Below are positions 37,686 to 47,369 of a stretch of 64,000 nt of DNA, one piece after another. Below the pieces are notes generated by a model. That model saw only the letters and a program-made list of their open reading frames with translations. It did no database searches and was not told the origin of the DNA. Within the stretch, counting starts at the first letter, position 1, and each line of letters opens with the position of its first letter. The DNA lies in NCBI GenBank assembly GCA_964510515.1, contig CAZEAU010000010.1, positions 9,586 through 73,585 of the forward strand. Direction: 5' to 3'. A program made the translations under genes and the position numbers. The stretch is from an uncultured Actinomycetota bacterium (GTDB taxonomy: Bacteria; Actinomycetota; Geothermincolia; Geothermincolales; RBG-13-55-18).

Positions 37686-38933
37686 TCAGGGTCTCACCTG
37701 ACCGTCCCCGTAGATGACGAACTTGCTGGAGGTGAGCTCGCGCAGGGTCATGGGGCCGCGCGCGTGCAGCTTCTGGGTGGAGATGCCGATCTCCGCTCCC
37801 AGGCCGAACTGTCCCCCGTCGGTGAAGCGCGTCGACGCATTGACATAGACGTCGGCGGAATCCACCGCTGCGGCGAAGCGCCGTGCCGCGTGCAGGTCGC
37901 GGGTGACGATGGCGTCGGAGTGCTTGGATCCGTAGGTGTTGATGTGGGCGATGGCCTCCTCCAGCGACGCGACCACGCGCACGGCCAGGACCAGGTCCAG
38001 GTACTCCTCGTGCCAGTCCTCCTCCCTCGCCGCCTCGGCGCCCGGCAGGATGGCGCGCGTGCGCTCACAGCCGCGCAGCTCGACCCCGTGTTCCTCGAGG
38101 GCGCGCGCCGCGGCGGGCAGGAACTCCGCGGCCACCGCCTCGTGGACCAGCAGGGTCTCCATGGCATTGCACACGCCCGGCCGCTGCGTCTTGGCGTTGA
38201 CCGCAATGCGCTCCGCCGCCTCCAGGTCGGCGGCGGCGTCGACGTAGGTGTGGCAGTTCCCCACCCCCGTCTCGATCACCGCCACCGTGCTCTCCTCGAC
38301 CACGCTGCGTATGAGTCCGGCCCCGCCACGAGGGATGAGCACGTCCACGTACCCGCGCAGGCGCATGAGCTGCCTCGCCGTCTCGCGGTCGCTTCCCGGG
38401 ACCAGCTGAACGCATCCCGCGGGGAGCCCGGCACCTTCCGCCGCCCTGGCCAGTATCTCCGCCAGCAGGCGGTTCGAGAAAATGGCCGAGGAGCTGCCGC
38501 GCAGGATGACAGCGTTGCCGGATTTCACGCACAGCCCGGCGGCATCCACGGTGACGTTCGGCCGCGCCTCGTAGATGATGGCCACCACCCCCAAGGGGAC
38601 CCTTACCTTGCTTATCTCCAGGCCGTTGGGCAGCCTCCAGCCCTCCAGCACCTCGCCCACGGGGTCGGCGAGGGCGGCCACCTCGCGCAGCCCGGCGGCC
38701 ATCTCCTCGACCCTCTTCTCGTTCAGGGCCAGCCGATCCATGAGCGCAGCGCTGAGGCCGCTCTCGCGCCCGGCCTCGAGGTCCTCGAGGTTGGCGGCGA
38801 GTATCTCGCGCGTTCGCGAGACAAGCGCCCGCGCCATCCCCTCCAGGGCATTATTCTTGACCTCCGCCGTGGTCACGGCCAGCCCGAGCGAGGCCGCGCG
38901 TGCCCTCTTTCCCAGCTCTTCCATTGCCTTCAT
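37686..38933 (-). CDS. proA: gamma-glutamyl phosphate reductase
   Basis: Aldehyde dehydrogenase-like ProA family (…[30 protein letters not shown]…), ~415 aa from MKAMEELG. Confidence 0.9.
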   Translation of the reverse strand: MKAMEELGKRARAASLGLAVTTAEVKNNALEGMARALVSRTREILAANLEDLEAGRESGLSAALMDRLALNEKRVEEMAAGLREVAALADPVGEVLEGWRLPNGLEISKVRVPLGVVAIIYEARPNVTVDAAGLCVKSGNAVILRGSSSAIFSNRLLAEILARAAEGAGLPAGCVQLVPGSDRETARQLMRLRGYVDVLIPRGGAGLIRSVVEESTVAVIETGVGNCHTYVDAAADLEAAERIAVNAKTQRPGVCNAMETLLVHEAVAAEFLPAAARALEEHGVELRGCERTRAILPGAEAAREEDWHEEYLDLVLAVRVVASLEEAIAHINTYGSKHSDAIVTRDLHAARRFAAAVDSADVYVNASTRFTDGGQFGLGAEIGISTQKLHARGPMTLRELTSSKFVIYGDGQVRP

Positions 38934-39026
38934 TCCGCCCTCCCCACGCACATCCACGCACATCTTATCTCCTCACTGCCGCACGCCTGTCCTCGAAGCG
39001 TGACCGCCGCGGCGGCGGCGCCTCCC

Positions 39027-40163
39027 TCACCCCTCTTTTTCCACTATCACCAGGTGGTCGCGGTGGATGACCTCTTCGCAGCGCTCATGACCCAGCAGAC
39101 TGGCCGCCTCCGCGCTGCGCAAGCCCCTCACCTCGTCCAGCTCTCCCGCCGAGAGGGTGCAAAGGCCGCGCGCTATCCTCCGGCCCTCCTCGTCCGTGAC
39201 CTCCACGGCATCGCCGGCATTGAAGCTTCCCCTGCACTCGACCACCCCCGCGGGGAGCAGGCTCTTGCCGCCGTGCAATATGGCCTCCCGCGCTCCCGCG
39301 TCGATGACGATGGTCCCGCGTGGGCGCGTGCCGTACGCGATCCAGTGCTTCTGGTTGCGCAGCCTCTTCGAGCTGGGATGGAAATATGTGCCCAGCATAT
39401 CGCCCCGCATGAGCGTGGGGAGCACGCCGGGCTCATGCCCCGGGGCGACGAGCACCCCGATCCCGGAGGCGGTGGCGATGCGCGCCGCCTCCAGCTTGGC
39501 GCGCATCCCCCCCGAGGAATGCTCCTCCACCGTCCTGCCCGCCGACCTCATCATCTCCGAGGTTATCCTCTCCACCTCGCGGATGAGGCGGGCCTCGCGG
39601 TCCACCTTGGGGTCGGCGGTATAGAGGCCCCTGATATCGGAGAGCATTATCACCAGGTCCGCTTCGGTGAGCACCGCCACCAGCGCGGCGAGGCGGTCGT
39701 TGTCTCCGAAGCGTATCTCCTCCACCGCCACGGTGTCGTTCTCGTTGACCAGCGGCACCACGCCGAGCTCGAGCAGGCGGTCGAAGGTGTTGCGGGCATT
39801 GAGATATTGGCGGCGGTGGGAGAAATCATATTGGGTGAAGAGCACCTGGCCGACCCGGAGGCCGTGCTCGGCAAAAAGGCTGCTGTAGAGGTGCAGGAGG
39901 AGCCCCTGGCCCACCGACGACGACGCCTGCAGCGAGGGGATGTCGCGCGGGCGCTCGCTCAGCCCGAGCAGCTCGACCCCCGCCGCTATGGCCCCGGAGG
40001 ACACCAGGATCACCTCCCGTCCCTCGCCGCGCAGCGCAGCAATCTGCTCCACCAGCGACCTCATGTGCGCACGGTCGAGCCGCCCCGCGGCGTCGCTCAG
40101 GGTGTAGGTCCCCACCTTGACCACTATGCGCCCGGCCTCGCTGAACCTCTTTCTGGGACTCAA
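39027..40163 (-). CDS. proB: glutamate 5-kinase (with PUA domain)
   Basis: IVVKVGTYTL...VILVSSGAIAAG amino-acid kinase N-terminus and a C-terminal PUA region, 378 aa. Confidence 0.9.
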   Translation of the reverse strand: MSPRKRFSEAGRIVVKVGTYTLSDAAGRLDRAHMRSLVEQIAALRGEGREVILVSSGAIAAGVELLGLSERPRDIPSLQASSSVGQGLLLHLYSSLFAEHGLRVGQVLFTQYDFSHRRQYLNARNTFDRLLELGVVPLVNENDTVAVEEIRFGDNDRLAALVAVLTEADLVIMLSDIRGLYTADPKVDREARLIREVERITSEMMRSAGRTVEEHSSGGMRAKLEAARIATASGIGVLVAPGHEPGVLPTLMRGDMLGTYFHPSSKRLRNQKHWIAYGTRPRGTIVIDAGAREAILHGGKSLLPAGVVECRGSFNAGDAVEVTDEEGRRIARGLCTLSAGELDEVRGLRSAEAASLLGHERCEEVIHRDHLVIVEKEG

Positions 40164-40232
40164 ATCCCGCCATCTCCTCTCCGCATCCCCGGCGCCCGCC
40201 CCCCGCAGCGCGCACCTCTCTGCGCGCGCTGC

Positions 40233-41513
40233 CTATCTCTCGGGCATGAAGTCAAAAACGTAATCCGCGATGATCACCGCGTCGCCCTCGCGCGCTCCCT
40301 GTCTGAAGAGTTCGTCCTCCACCCCCATGCGCTTGAGCCGCTCCTGCACATAGGCCAGTGCCTGCGGGTTAGCCATGTCCACGGAGCGCAGCAGGCGCTC
40401 CACGCGTTCGCCGTCAACGTAGAAGCCCTCTTCCTCCCGCCGCACCCCGAAGGCCTGTTCCCGCAGAGGATCGAAGCTGTAGAGCGTGTGTCCCTCGCAG
40501 ACTCCCGGCTCCTCCATTCGCCTGGCCTCCTCCACCACCTCCGCCAGCCGCCAGGTGAGAGCCTTCACGCCCTCCCCGCTCACCGCCGACACGGCCATGA
40601 ACTCCCAGCCCCGTGCAGCGGCAGCCTCCCGTGCTTCCTCCACCCTCTCCGCGTCGGCGACATCGAGCTTATTGGCCGCGACCAGCTGCGGCCTCTCCAG
40701 CAGTGCGGGGTTATATGAAGCCAGTTCCCCGGCCACCACCTGCAGCGCCCGTGCCGGGGGACACGCGGCCGCCGGGGAGGCGTCCAGCAGGTGCAGGAGG
40801 ACCACCGTCCTCTCCACGTGGCGGAGAAATCTCAGGCCGAGTCCTTTCCCGGCGTGAGCCCCCTCGATCAGCCCGGGCAGGTCGGAGATGACGAAGCTCC
40901 TCTCATCGTCCATCCTCACCACCCCCAGCACCGGCTCGAGGGTGGTGAAGGGGTAGTCGGCTATGCGGGGACGGGCGGCGGAGACGCGCGAGATAAGGGT
41001 GGACTTCCCCGCATTGGGAAAACCCACCACGCCGACGTCGGCGAGCAGCTTGAGCTCGAGCAGGACCTTTCTCTCTTCTCCCGGCTCCCCGCGCTCGGCG
41101 AAGTCCGGCGCGCGGCGCGCCGGGGTGGCGAAGGAAGCGTTTCCCCTCCCCCCCCTGCCGCCGCGCGCGATGACCGCCTCCATGTCCGGCCGCGTGAGGT
41201 CGGCCAGCAGCTTGCCCTGCTCGTCCCTGACCTGCGTCCCCACCGGCACGCGCAGCACCAGGCCGCTGCCCGCGGCGCCGTGGCGGTTGTTGGCGGCGCC
41301 GCTGCCGCCGCGGCCGGCGCGGTAATGGCGCCGGCGCTTGTATTCGACCAGGGTATTCACCCCCGTCGAGGCGCGCAGCACCACCGAGCCCCCCCTGGCT
41401 CCGTCCCCGCCGTCGGGTCCGCCCAGGGGGCGGAACCTCTCGCGGAGAAAGCTGGCGCAGCCAGCTCCTCCGTCCCCACCGCGCGCGCATATCTCCACTT
41501 CGTCGATGAACAT
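40233..41513 (-). CDS. obg: GTPase Obg/CgtA
   Basis: MFIDEVEI..GGDGG glycine-rich Obg fold, G domain GFPNAGKSTL, C-terminal extension. 426 aa. Confidence 0.9.
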   Translation of the reverse strand: MFIDEVEICARGGDGGAGCASFLRERFRPLGGPDGGDGARGGSVVLRASTGVNTLVEYKRRRHYRAGRGGSGAANNRHGAAGSGLVLRVPVGTQVRDEQGKLLADLTRPDMEAVIARGGRGGRGNASFATPARRAPDFAERGEPGEERKVLLELKLLADVGVVGFPNAGKSTLISRVSAARPRIADYPFTTLEPVLGVVRMDDERSFVISDLPGLIEGAHAGKGLGLRFLRHVERTVVLLHLLDASPAAACPPARALQVVAGELASYNPALLERPQLVAANKLDVADAERVEEAREAAAARGWEFMAVSAVSGEGVKALTWRLAEVVEEARRMEEPGVCEGHTLYSFDPLREQAFGVRREEEGFYVDGERVERLLRSVDMANPQALAYVQERLKRMGVEDELFRQGAREGDAVIIADYVFDFMPER

Positions 41514-41573
41514 GGGCCTTCTCCCTGCCGAGCCCGCCCCGCTTCCGCCGCCGCGGTCGCCGCCAGAAGCGTT

Positions 41574-41600
41574 AATAAAAAGTCCCGGTCATGCCGGGAC
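41574..41600 (-). terminator. Rho-independent terminator after rplU-rpmA
   Basis: Minus strand reads GTCCCGGCATGACCGGGAC (7-bp stem) followed by TTTTTATT, immediately downstream of the rpmA stop. Confidence 0.6.
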
Positions 41601-41636
41601 CTTGCGCTCAAAACGGACCACGGCGGACCGGGATGT

Positions 41637-41891
41637 CTATTCCTGCGGCAACACGCTCACAAAACGCCTGTCGCCGCTGCTGTGATACTTTACGTAACCG
41701 TCCACCTTGGCGAAGAGGGTGAAATCCCTTCCCAACCCCACGTTATCGCCCGGCTTCAGCCTGGTTCCGCGCTGGCGCACCAGGATAGACCCCCCGGTCA
41801 CATACTGGCCGCCGAAACTCTTGACCCCCAGGCGCTTGGAATGGCTGTCCCGCCCGTTGCGGGAACTTCCCACGCCTTTTTTACTCGCCAT
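41637..41891 (-). CDS. rpmA: 50S ribosomal protein L27
   Basis: [24 protein letters not shown]... Begins directly at the mature ASKKG motif, with no Firmicute-type propeptide. Confidence 0.95.
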   Translation of the reverse strand: MASKKGVGSSRNGRDSHSKRLGVKSFGGQYVTGGSILVRQRGTRLKPGDNVGLGRDFTLFAKVDGYVKYHSSGDRRFVSVLPQE

Positions 41892-41915
41892 ACGCCATCA
41901 CCTCTCCGCAAACGT

Positions 41916-42287
41916 TCAGCCGGTCTCGACCCCCGCCTCCGGCTCCTCCGTCTCCTTCTTTGCCTTCGCCGCTCGCGGCCCGCCGCTTATCCGGTCCACC
42001 CTGACCTCGGTGAACCGCTGGCGGTGACCCTGCTTGCGGCGGTATCCCTTCTTGGGCTTGTATTTGAAGACGATGATCTTCGCGCCCTTGCCCTGACGGG
42101 TGACCGTCCCCTCGACCTTGACCTTGGCCGCCTCCGGTCCGGCGAGCACATTGCCCTCGCCGCCGGCCAGGAGTACGCGCTCAAACACCACCTTGTCCCC
42201 CTCGGGGACATCGAGTTTCTCCACCCGGATAAGAGAGCCCTTCTCCACGCGGTACTGCTTTCCGCCCGTCTCGATCACTGCGTACAT
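41916..42287 (-). CDS. rplU: 50S ribosomal protein L21
   Basis: [17 protein letters not shown]... GGAGGT RBS; the track ORF starts 4 codons upstream. Confidence 0.9.
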   Translation of the reverse strand: MYAVIETGGKQYRVEKGSLIRVEKLDVPEGDKVVFERVLLAGGEGNVLAGPEAAKVKVEGTVTRQGKGAKIIVFKYKPKKGYRRKQGHRQRFTEVRVDRISGGPRAAKAKKETEEPEAGVETG

Positions 42288-42408
42288 GCTTACCTCCACG
42301 GCTATTTTACCACAGCTTGAAACACTAACACGGCCTGAAGGGCCTGTAAAGGAATGCCGGGGGGCCGCCCGGGTCCAGGCGGCCCCCCCATGATGCCTTC
42401 AACCGTCC

Positions 42409-44247
42409 CTATCTCACGCAGCCCTCCGCGAAGTACCAGTCGACGGCGGGCTGGTTAGACCCGATGGCATTGTTGCCGTCGCTTATGCCGCGGAAGTTGA
42501 AATACTGGGCCAGCTCGACCACGATGGGGGAGGAGGAAACGACCTTCGTGCTCACCTCGGTATCCTGCAGCTGCGGGATGTCGTTGACGTGCACGGTGTA
42601 GCGGGAATGGGGCCTCATCTCCACCTTGCGGCCGACCGTCACCCCGTCCGAGCGCATGAAGAGGATGTCCACGCTGGCGACCTCGTCGCCGGGGTTGAGG
42701 AAGAGCACGTATTCGTCGAACTCCCCCCCCGTATAGCCCTCGGCCAGGTACCACTGCCGATTGGGCTCCGGGGCGCCTATGCTGGCATGTCCCCCCTTGC
42801 GGCCCTGGTAGTCGAAGTACATGGAGCGCTCCGCGACGATGGGAAGGTCGGAGTCGACGCGCACGGATACCTCCGTCGCCTCCAGGCCCGGCAGCGTGTC
42901 CACGTGCACGCTGTGGCGCCTGCGCCCGGGCACGCTCACCTGGTGGGAGCTTATCGCGCCGTCCGGCTTCATGAAGCTCAGGGTGACCGTGGCCGTGCCG
43001 TCGTTGGGGTTCTGCAGAAGCACCCAGGTGTCGAAGGACTCCCCGGTGTAGCCCTCGGCGAAGAACCACGTATTCGAGGTGGAGCTGGCGCCGATGGAGC
43101 CGTGCCCCCCGTCCTTGCCGCCGTAATTGAAGTACATCGCCCGCTCCGCCACCACGGGGATATCGCTGAAGACCTGGGTGGAGACATCGCAGGCTTCGAG
43201 GCCCGGCACCTCGTCCACGTGCACGCTGTGGCGAGAGCGCGGCGGGATGCTCGCCTGCCTGGTGATCACCCCCCCGTCCGCACGCATGAAGCTCAGGGTG
43301 ACGTTGGCGGTGGCATGATTGGGGTTCTGCAGAAGCACCCAGGTGTCGAAGGAGGCCCCGGTGTAGCCCTCGGCGAAGAACCACGTCTTGGAGGGCGCGT
43401 CGGTGCCGATGGAATCGGAACCGCCCTTGCGGCCTTTATACCTGAAGTACATGGCGCGCTCGGCCAGTACCGGGGTATCGCTTCTGACGTGGGCCGAGAA
43501 GGATCCGCAGCCCACGGTCTCTCGCACCGGCACCGTGAAGCGGCTGTTGGCGCCCACGCTGTAGGCGAAGCTCCGGCTCGAGCCGTCATCCCCCTGAAAG
43601 GTCACCTCGACCTGCGCCTCCCGCTCGCTCGGGTTCATGACCAGGAGATAGGCGTCGAAGCTGTCGCAGGCGGGCGCCGGGGGCGGAGCCGCGGCCGGGG
43701 CCGCGGCGGGGACGGGCGCGCGGTCCGCGCTGGCGGGGAGGGAGGAGAAGGCCATGAACTCCTGCGTCACGTACAGGGTGTTGCCGCCCTTGATCACCCC
43801 TATCCCGATGCAGTTGAACTCGCGCCGCAGGATGTTAGCCCGGTGCGAGGGGCTGTTCATGAGCGCATTGAAGGCCACCTCTACGCTGGGGGCCTTGGCG
43901 ATGTTCTCGCCGGCGAGGTTCCAACCCGTGATGCCGCGTGCCGAGATGCGCTGCTGCAGGGTCCCCGACACGGGGGAGACGTGAGCAAAGAACTTGTGCT
44001 CATACATCTCGTTGCAGTAGTCGCGTGCCATGTCCGTGAGCCGCTGCTCCGCGCTCAGGAGGGGCAGCCCCGCCCCGTTGCGGGCCTGGTTCACAAGCTG
44101 CAGCATGCAGGCCTCCTCGGCCGAGGCGTTCACCGCTGCCTGCGCCGTGCCCCCGGCCATCGGCAAAGGGTGCATGAGGGCCAGGGCGAGGACGGTCACG
44201 GTCAAGACCGCCGCCGCATCTTTCTGCCACCGAGCGAGTCCTCTCAT
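42409..44247 (-). CDS. secreted CAP/SCP (YkwD-like) domain protein followed by four ~110-aa tandem repeats of an uncharacterised domain
   Basis: Sec signal MRGLARWQKDAAAVLTVTVLALALMHPLPMAGGTAQA. CAP domain (LQLVNQARNGAGLPLL...FFAHVSPVSG...GENIAKAP...SPSHRANIL...YVTQEF). Four repeats with the conserved pattern VLAERAMYF-Y-G-KGG--SIG-----WFFAEGYTG-SFDTWVLLQNPN...RHSVHVD--PGLEA-EVS; the last is truncated. Confidence 0.7.
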   Translation of the reverse strand: MRGLARWQKDAAAVLTVTVLALALMHPLPMAGGTAQAAVNASAEEACMLQLVNQARNGAGLPLLSAEQRLTDMARDYCNEMYEHKFFAHVSPVSGTLQQRISARGITGWNLAGENIAKAPSVEVAFNALMNSPSHRANILRREFNCIGIGVIKGGNTLYVTQEFMAFSSLPASADRAPVPAAAPAAAPPPAPACDSFDAYLLVMNPSEREAQVEVTFQGDDGSSRSFAYSVGANSRFTVPVRETVGCGSFSAHVRSDTPVLAERAMYFRYKGRKGGSDSIGTDAPSKTWFFAEGYTGASFDTWVLLQNPNHATANVTLSFMRADGGVITRQASIPPRSRHSVHVDEVPGLEACDVSTQVFSDIPVVAERAMYFNYGGKDGGHGSIGASSTSNTWFFAEGYTGESFDTWVLLQNPNDGTATVTLSFMKPDGAISSHQVSVPGRRRHSVHVDTLPGLEATEVSVRVDSDLPIVAERSMYFDYQGRKGGHASIGAPEPNRQWYLAEGYTGGEFDEYVLFLNPGDEVASVDILFMRSDGVTVGRKVEMRPHSRYTVHVNDIPQLQDTEVSTKVVSSSPIVVELAQYFNFRGISDGNNAIGSNQPAVDWYFAEGCVR

Positions 44248-44319
44248 CTTGTCTCCCCCCTCTTGTCCCCGAGGTCTGGCGGCAAGCCCTCCGCATCGTC
44301 CGCCCGCTTCGTGTGCCTG

Positions 44320-44355
44320 AAAACAAAACGCCCTTTCCACCGCGGTGGAAAGGGC
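44320..44355 (-). terminator. Rho-independent terminator / leader hairpin ~85 nt upstream of the CAP-repeat gene start
   Basis: Perfect 12-bp inverted repeat GCCCTTTCCACC-GC-GGTGGAAAGGGC followed on the minus strand by GTTTTGTTTT. Confidence 0.5.
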
Positions 44356-44740
44356 GTCGCTTTCGGCGGCAGCCTGGCTGTCCTAGCCGCTTACGCGACC
44401 TTAGACCCATGGCTTTGCGCCCTCTCCTTTCGGAAGAGTTTGCCTTTATCACCTGAGGTATATTTGATTCTCAAGGTCTGCATATCCTATCGACATCCGG
44501 CGGGCGATGCTTGAGCCCTTCCCCACCCCCCGGCCTTGGCGCGGGACTCGCGGCGCAAAAGCCTAAAGTCAAGGGGGATGGATGCCGATAGTTAAATTGC
44601 CAAAAATCTACGCCGAACGAGTTTTGGTCATGGCCGGGAAGCCTGCCCGCTTCCCGGTCTCCCTTCTGTGGAAGTCTTCGCCCCGCGCGGGCGGCAGCAT
44701 TCGCGCGCGCTCCCATCCCCGCCCGCTGACCGCCGGCGCA

Positions 44741-45397
44741 TCACAGGGGCTCGCTGGCCAGCAGCCGGGAGACGACCACGATACGCTGAGCCGCGCTGTA
44801 CCAGGGATGGCAGGCGGTGAGCGTCAGCCTGGCCTCGTCCCCCTGCTCCAGCACGGTGAGGTCTTCGGGCCGCACTATGCGCTGCTCGCACACGGAATAG
44901 ACATGGCGGTGGGAGGCGGTGACGAGGGCGACCTCGTCCCCCTGCTCCAGCTGCTCGATATGGCGAAAGGGCGCGCCGTAGGTCGTGCGGTGTCCGGATA
45001 TCACGCAGTTGCCGTGCTGACCGGGGTATGCGGTGCCGGGTATGTGTCCGGGGCCGCGTTTGAGGTTGACCGTGTCATCCAGCCCCGCGAGCTGGACCAC
45101 GATGGCGTCCAGCCCGATGTCGGGCGCCATTATCCGGGCCACGCCGCCGCCGATAGAGACGTTTCCCTGCTCGGATGAGGCCGGGTTATCCTCCCAGCGC
45201 CGCATCAATTCCTGTTGCGCGGCCGCGGCGCGGCGGTCGGTGAGGTGGATGTAGAGGTAGCTCCCCGCCAGCGGGAGCAGACCCAGGAAGGTCAGAGAGA
45301 GGCCGGCGATGATGAGCACCCTCCCCCGGCGGCGGCGCTTTCCCTCCACCCCGGCACTTCCCTCCCCCGCCGCCGCCCGCGCGCCCTCGCCCGGCAT
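44741..45397 (-). CDS. sortase-family transpeptidase (class E-like)
   Basis: N-terminal membrane anchor and a catalytic region with His (ISGHRTTYG) and the TLTACHP Cys motif. 218 aa. Confidence 0.75.
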   Translation of the reverse strand: MPGEGARAAAGEGSAGVEGKRRRRGRVLIIAGLSLTFLGLLPLAGSYLYIHLTDRRAAAAQQELMRRWEDNPASSEQGNVSIGGGVARIMAPDIGLDAIVVQLAGLDDTVNLKRGPGHIPGTAYPGQHGNCVISGHRTTYGAPFRHIEQLEQGDEVALVTASHRHVYSVCEQRIVRPEDLTVLEQGDEARLTLTACHPWYSAAQRIVVVSRLLASEPL

Positions 45398-45413
45398 CGC
45401 CTCTCCTCACCGC

Positions 45414-46691
45414 CTAGGGATCGCGGAAAACGATGCCCCGCCCATGGCATACCGGGCAGGTCTCCCCGAAGGCCTCGATGAGGCCTTCGGACACGTTCTT
45501 GCGTGTCATCTCCACCAGGCCCAGCCTGGTCAGCTCGACCACGTAGGTCTTGGTGCGGTCTTTTTCCAGTTCCTGGTTAAGTGCTTTGAGCACCGCGCGG
45601 CGGTTCTTGGCCTCGTTCATGTCGATGAAATCGATGATTATCATCCCCCCGATGTCCCGCAGGCGCAGCTGGCGCACCACCTCGGTCACCGCCTCGATAT
45701 TGGTGCGCAGGACGGTCTCCTCCAGGGACTTGTTGCCCACGTATCTGCCGGTGTTGACGTCGATGGCCGTGAGCGCCTCGGTGGAGTCGATGACGATGGA
45801 CCCGCCCGAGGGCAATGGCACGCTGCGGCTGAGCGCGTCCCTGATCTGGCGATTGATGTCCAGCGCCTCGAAAACCTTGGTCTCATCCGCGTAGCGCACC
45901 ACGCGCTCCACAAGGGCGGGAGCCACCAGCCTGAGGTAATGCTTGATGCGGCGGAAAGAACGGGAGGAATCGACCAGGATGCGCTCGTAGCTGGCGTCCA
46001 TGATGTCCCGCACCACCTTCAGCTCCAGCTCCGGTTCCTGGTGGAGGGGGGCGGGGGCCCGCTTCTTCTCCGCCGCCCGGTGCACCTGCCTCCACACCTT
46101 GTTGAGATAGACGAGGCTTTTTCTCAGCTCCGCCGCATCGGCGTCCTTCGCCGCCGTGCGCACGATGACGCCGACGTCCTTGGGACGCACTTCCTCCACC
46201 ACCTTGCGCAGGCGCGCCCGCTCCTCCTCGCTCAACCTGTGCGAGACGCCCACCGTGGTCACCTGGGGGAGCAGCACCAGGTACCTCCCGGCGAGGGAGA
46301 TGTAGGTGGTGAGGCGGGCTCCCTTGCTCCCCATGGGGTCCTTGGTCACCTGGACCATGACCTCCTGGCCCTGCTTGAGGATCTTGGTTATGTCCCGGCG
46401 CTGGCGCGGGCCGTCCACGAAGATGTCACCCACGTAGAGCAGGGCGTTGCGGTTGTGGCCGATGTCGAGGAAGGCCGCCTCCATGCCCGGCAGGACGTTC
46501 TGCACGCGCCCCTTGTAAATGTCTCCCACGATGGAGCGCCGATCCTCGTTGCTCACCAGTATCTCCTGCAGCACGCCGTCCTCCAGCACCGCCACCCTGG
46601 TCTCGTGCTGATAGGCGGCCACCACGATCTCCTTTTTGGCCGCGGGCGGCCTGGCCGGCCTGCGCGGCCTTCTTCTCCTTCTCTCAGCCAT
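45414..46691 (-). CDS. rng: ribonuclease E/G family (RNase G-like catalytic domain)
   Basis: S1 domain followed by the RNase E/G catalytic core (...IVIDSTEALTAIDVNTGRYVG...), 425 aa. Confidence 0.8.
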   Translation of the reverse strand: MAERRRRRPRRPARPPAAKKEIVVAAYQHETRVAVLEDGVLQEILVSNEDRRSIVGDIYKGRVQNVLPGMEAAFLDIGHNRNALLYVGDIFVDGPRQRRDITKILKQGQEVMVQVTKDPMGSKGARLTTYISLAGRYLVLLPQVTTVGVSHRLSEEERARLRKVVEEVRPKDVGVIVRTAAKDADAAELRKSLVYLNKVWRQVHRAAEKKRAPAPLHQEPELELKVVRDIMDASYERILVDSSRSFRRIKHYLRLVAPALVERVVRYADETKVFEALDINRQIRDALSRSVPLPSGGSIVIDSTEALTAIDVNTGRYVGNKSLEETVLRTNIEAVTEVVRQLRLRDIGGMIIIDFIDMNEAKNRRAVLKALNQELEKDRTKTYVVELTRLGLVEMTRKNVSEGLIEAFGETCPVCHGRGIVFRDP

Positions 46692-46775
46692 CTCTTATCC
46701 GGGACCTTTCTCCATCGCCATCTCTCCCCCCGTGGAATCCAGGACCTGTCGGCGGCCGCACCCGCCTATGCCTGA

Positions 46776-47369
46776 TCATGGCCATTCCTCATCCCTCATC
46801 TCTTTCACTTCACCACTCGCTCCGTCGTAGAAGAATACGCTCCCCGCTGCATCCTCGAAAACCTCGTGCGGCGAGGCGTAAAGGCCCATCCTGGTCACGC
46901 CGGCGTGACGCGAGAGCGGGCGCACCGCCGCGGCGAACGCCTCCAGGGCATCCTTGAGGCGCCCCTGCCTCTCGCCGCTCAAGGGCAACAGCAGGAAAGC
47001 GGTCCCCTCCGCATCCTCGAGGCGGAAGAGCCCGTAACGAGCCCAGCGCGACAGCTTGGGCATGGTGGGCGCGAGCAGCTGCGTCCCGCCGACCTCCAGC
47101 CCTTGCGGCAGCACCCCGTTCATCCTCTCCTCCAGCCCCGCCAGGTCCGCTCCCTCCTCCACCGCCACCTCCAGGTATTCCGCCTCGGCGGCCACCCCCA
47201 GGGGCAGCGCCGGGGAGAAGCTCATGCGCGGCCTGGGGCTGAACCCCGCGGAGAAGACCAGCGGGATGCCGCTGCGCCGCAGGGCCATCTCCATGGCGCG
47301 CACCGTCTCGCGGTGCGAGAGGTAGGCGGCGTCACCCTCCTTGCGGTATCTGAGCAGCAGCCTCCTCAT
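46776..47369 (-). CDS. radical-SAM-linked protein (DUF2344 / TIGR03936-like)
   Basis: MRRLLLRYRKEGDAAYLSHRETVRAMEMALRRSGIPLVFSAGFSPRPRMSFSPALPLG... matches the DUF2344 pattern. Its start overlaps the upstream radical SAM stop (ATGA). The upstream 155 codons of the track ORF look spurious. Confidence 0.7.
   Translation of the reverse strand: MRRLLLRYRKEGDAAYLSHRETVRAMEMALRRSGIPLVFSAGFSPRPRMSFSPALPLGVAAEAEYLEVAVEEGADLAGLEERMNGVLPQGLEVGGTQLLAPTMPKLSRWARYGLFRLEDAEGTAFLLLPLSGERQGRLKDALEAFAAAVRPLSRHAGVTRMGLYASPHEVFEDAAGSVFFYDGASGEVKEMRDEEWP

Noticed and set aside
44582-45178. 198-aa plus-strand ORF starting MPIVKLPKIYAERVL… opposite the sortase gene
   Set aside because: Most of it is antisense to the well-supported sortase CDS. 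Only its first ~50 codons lie in intergenic DNA, and there is no convincing RBS.
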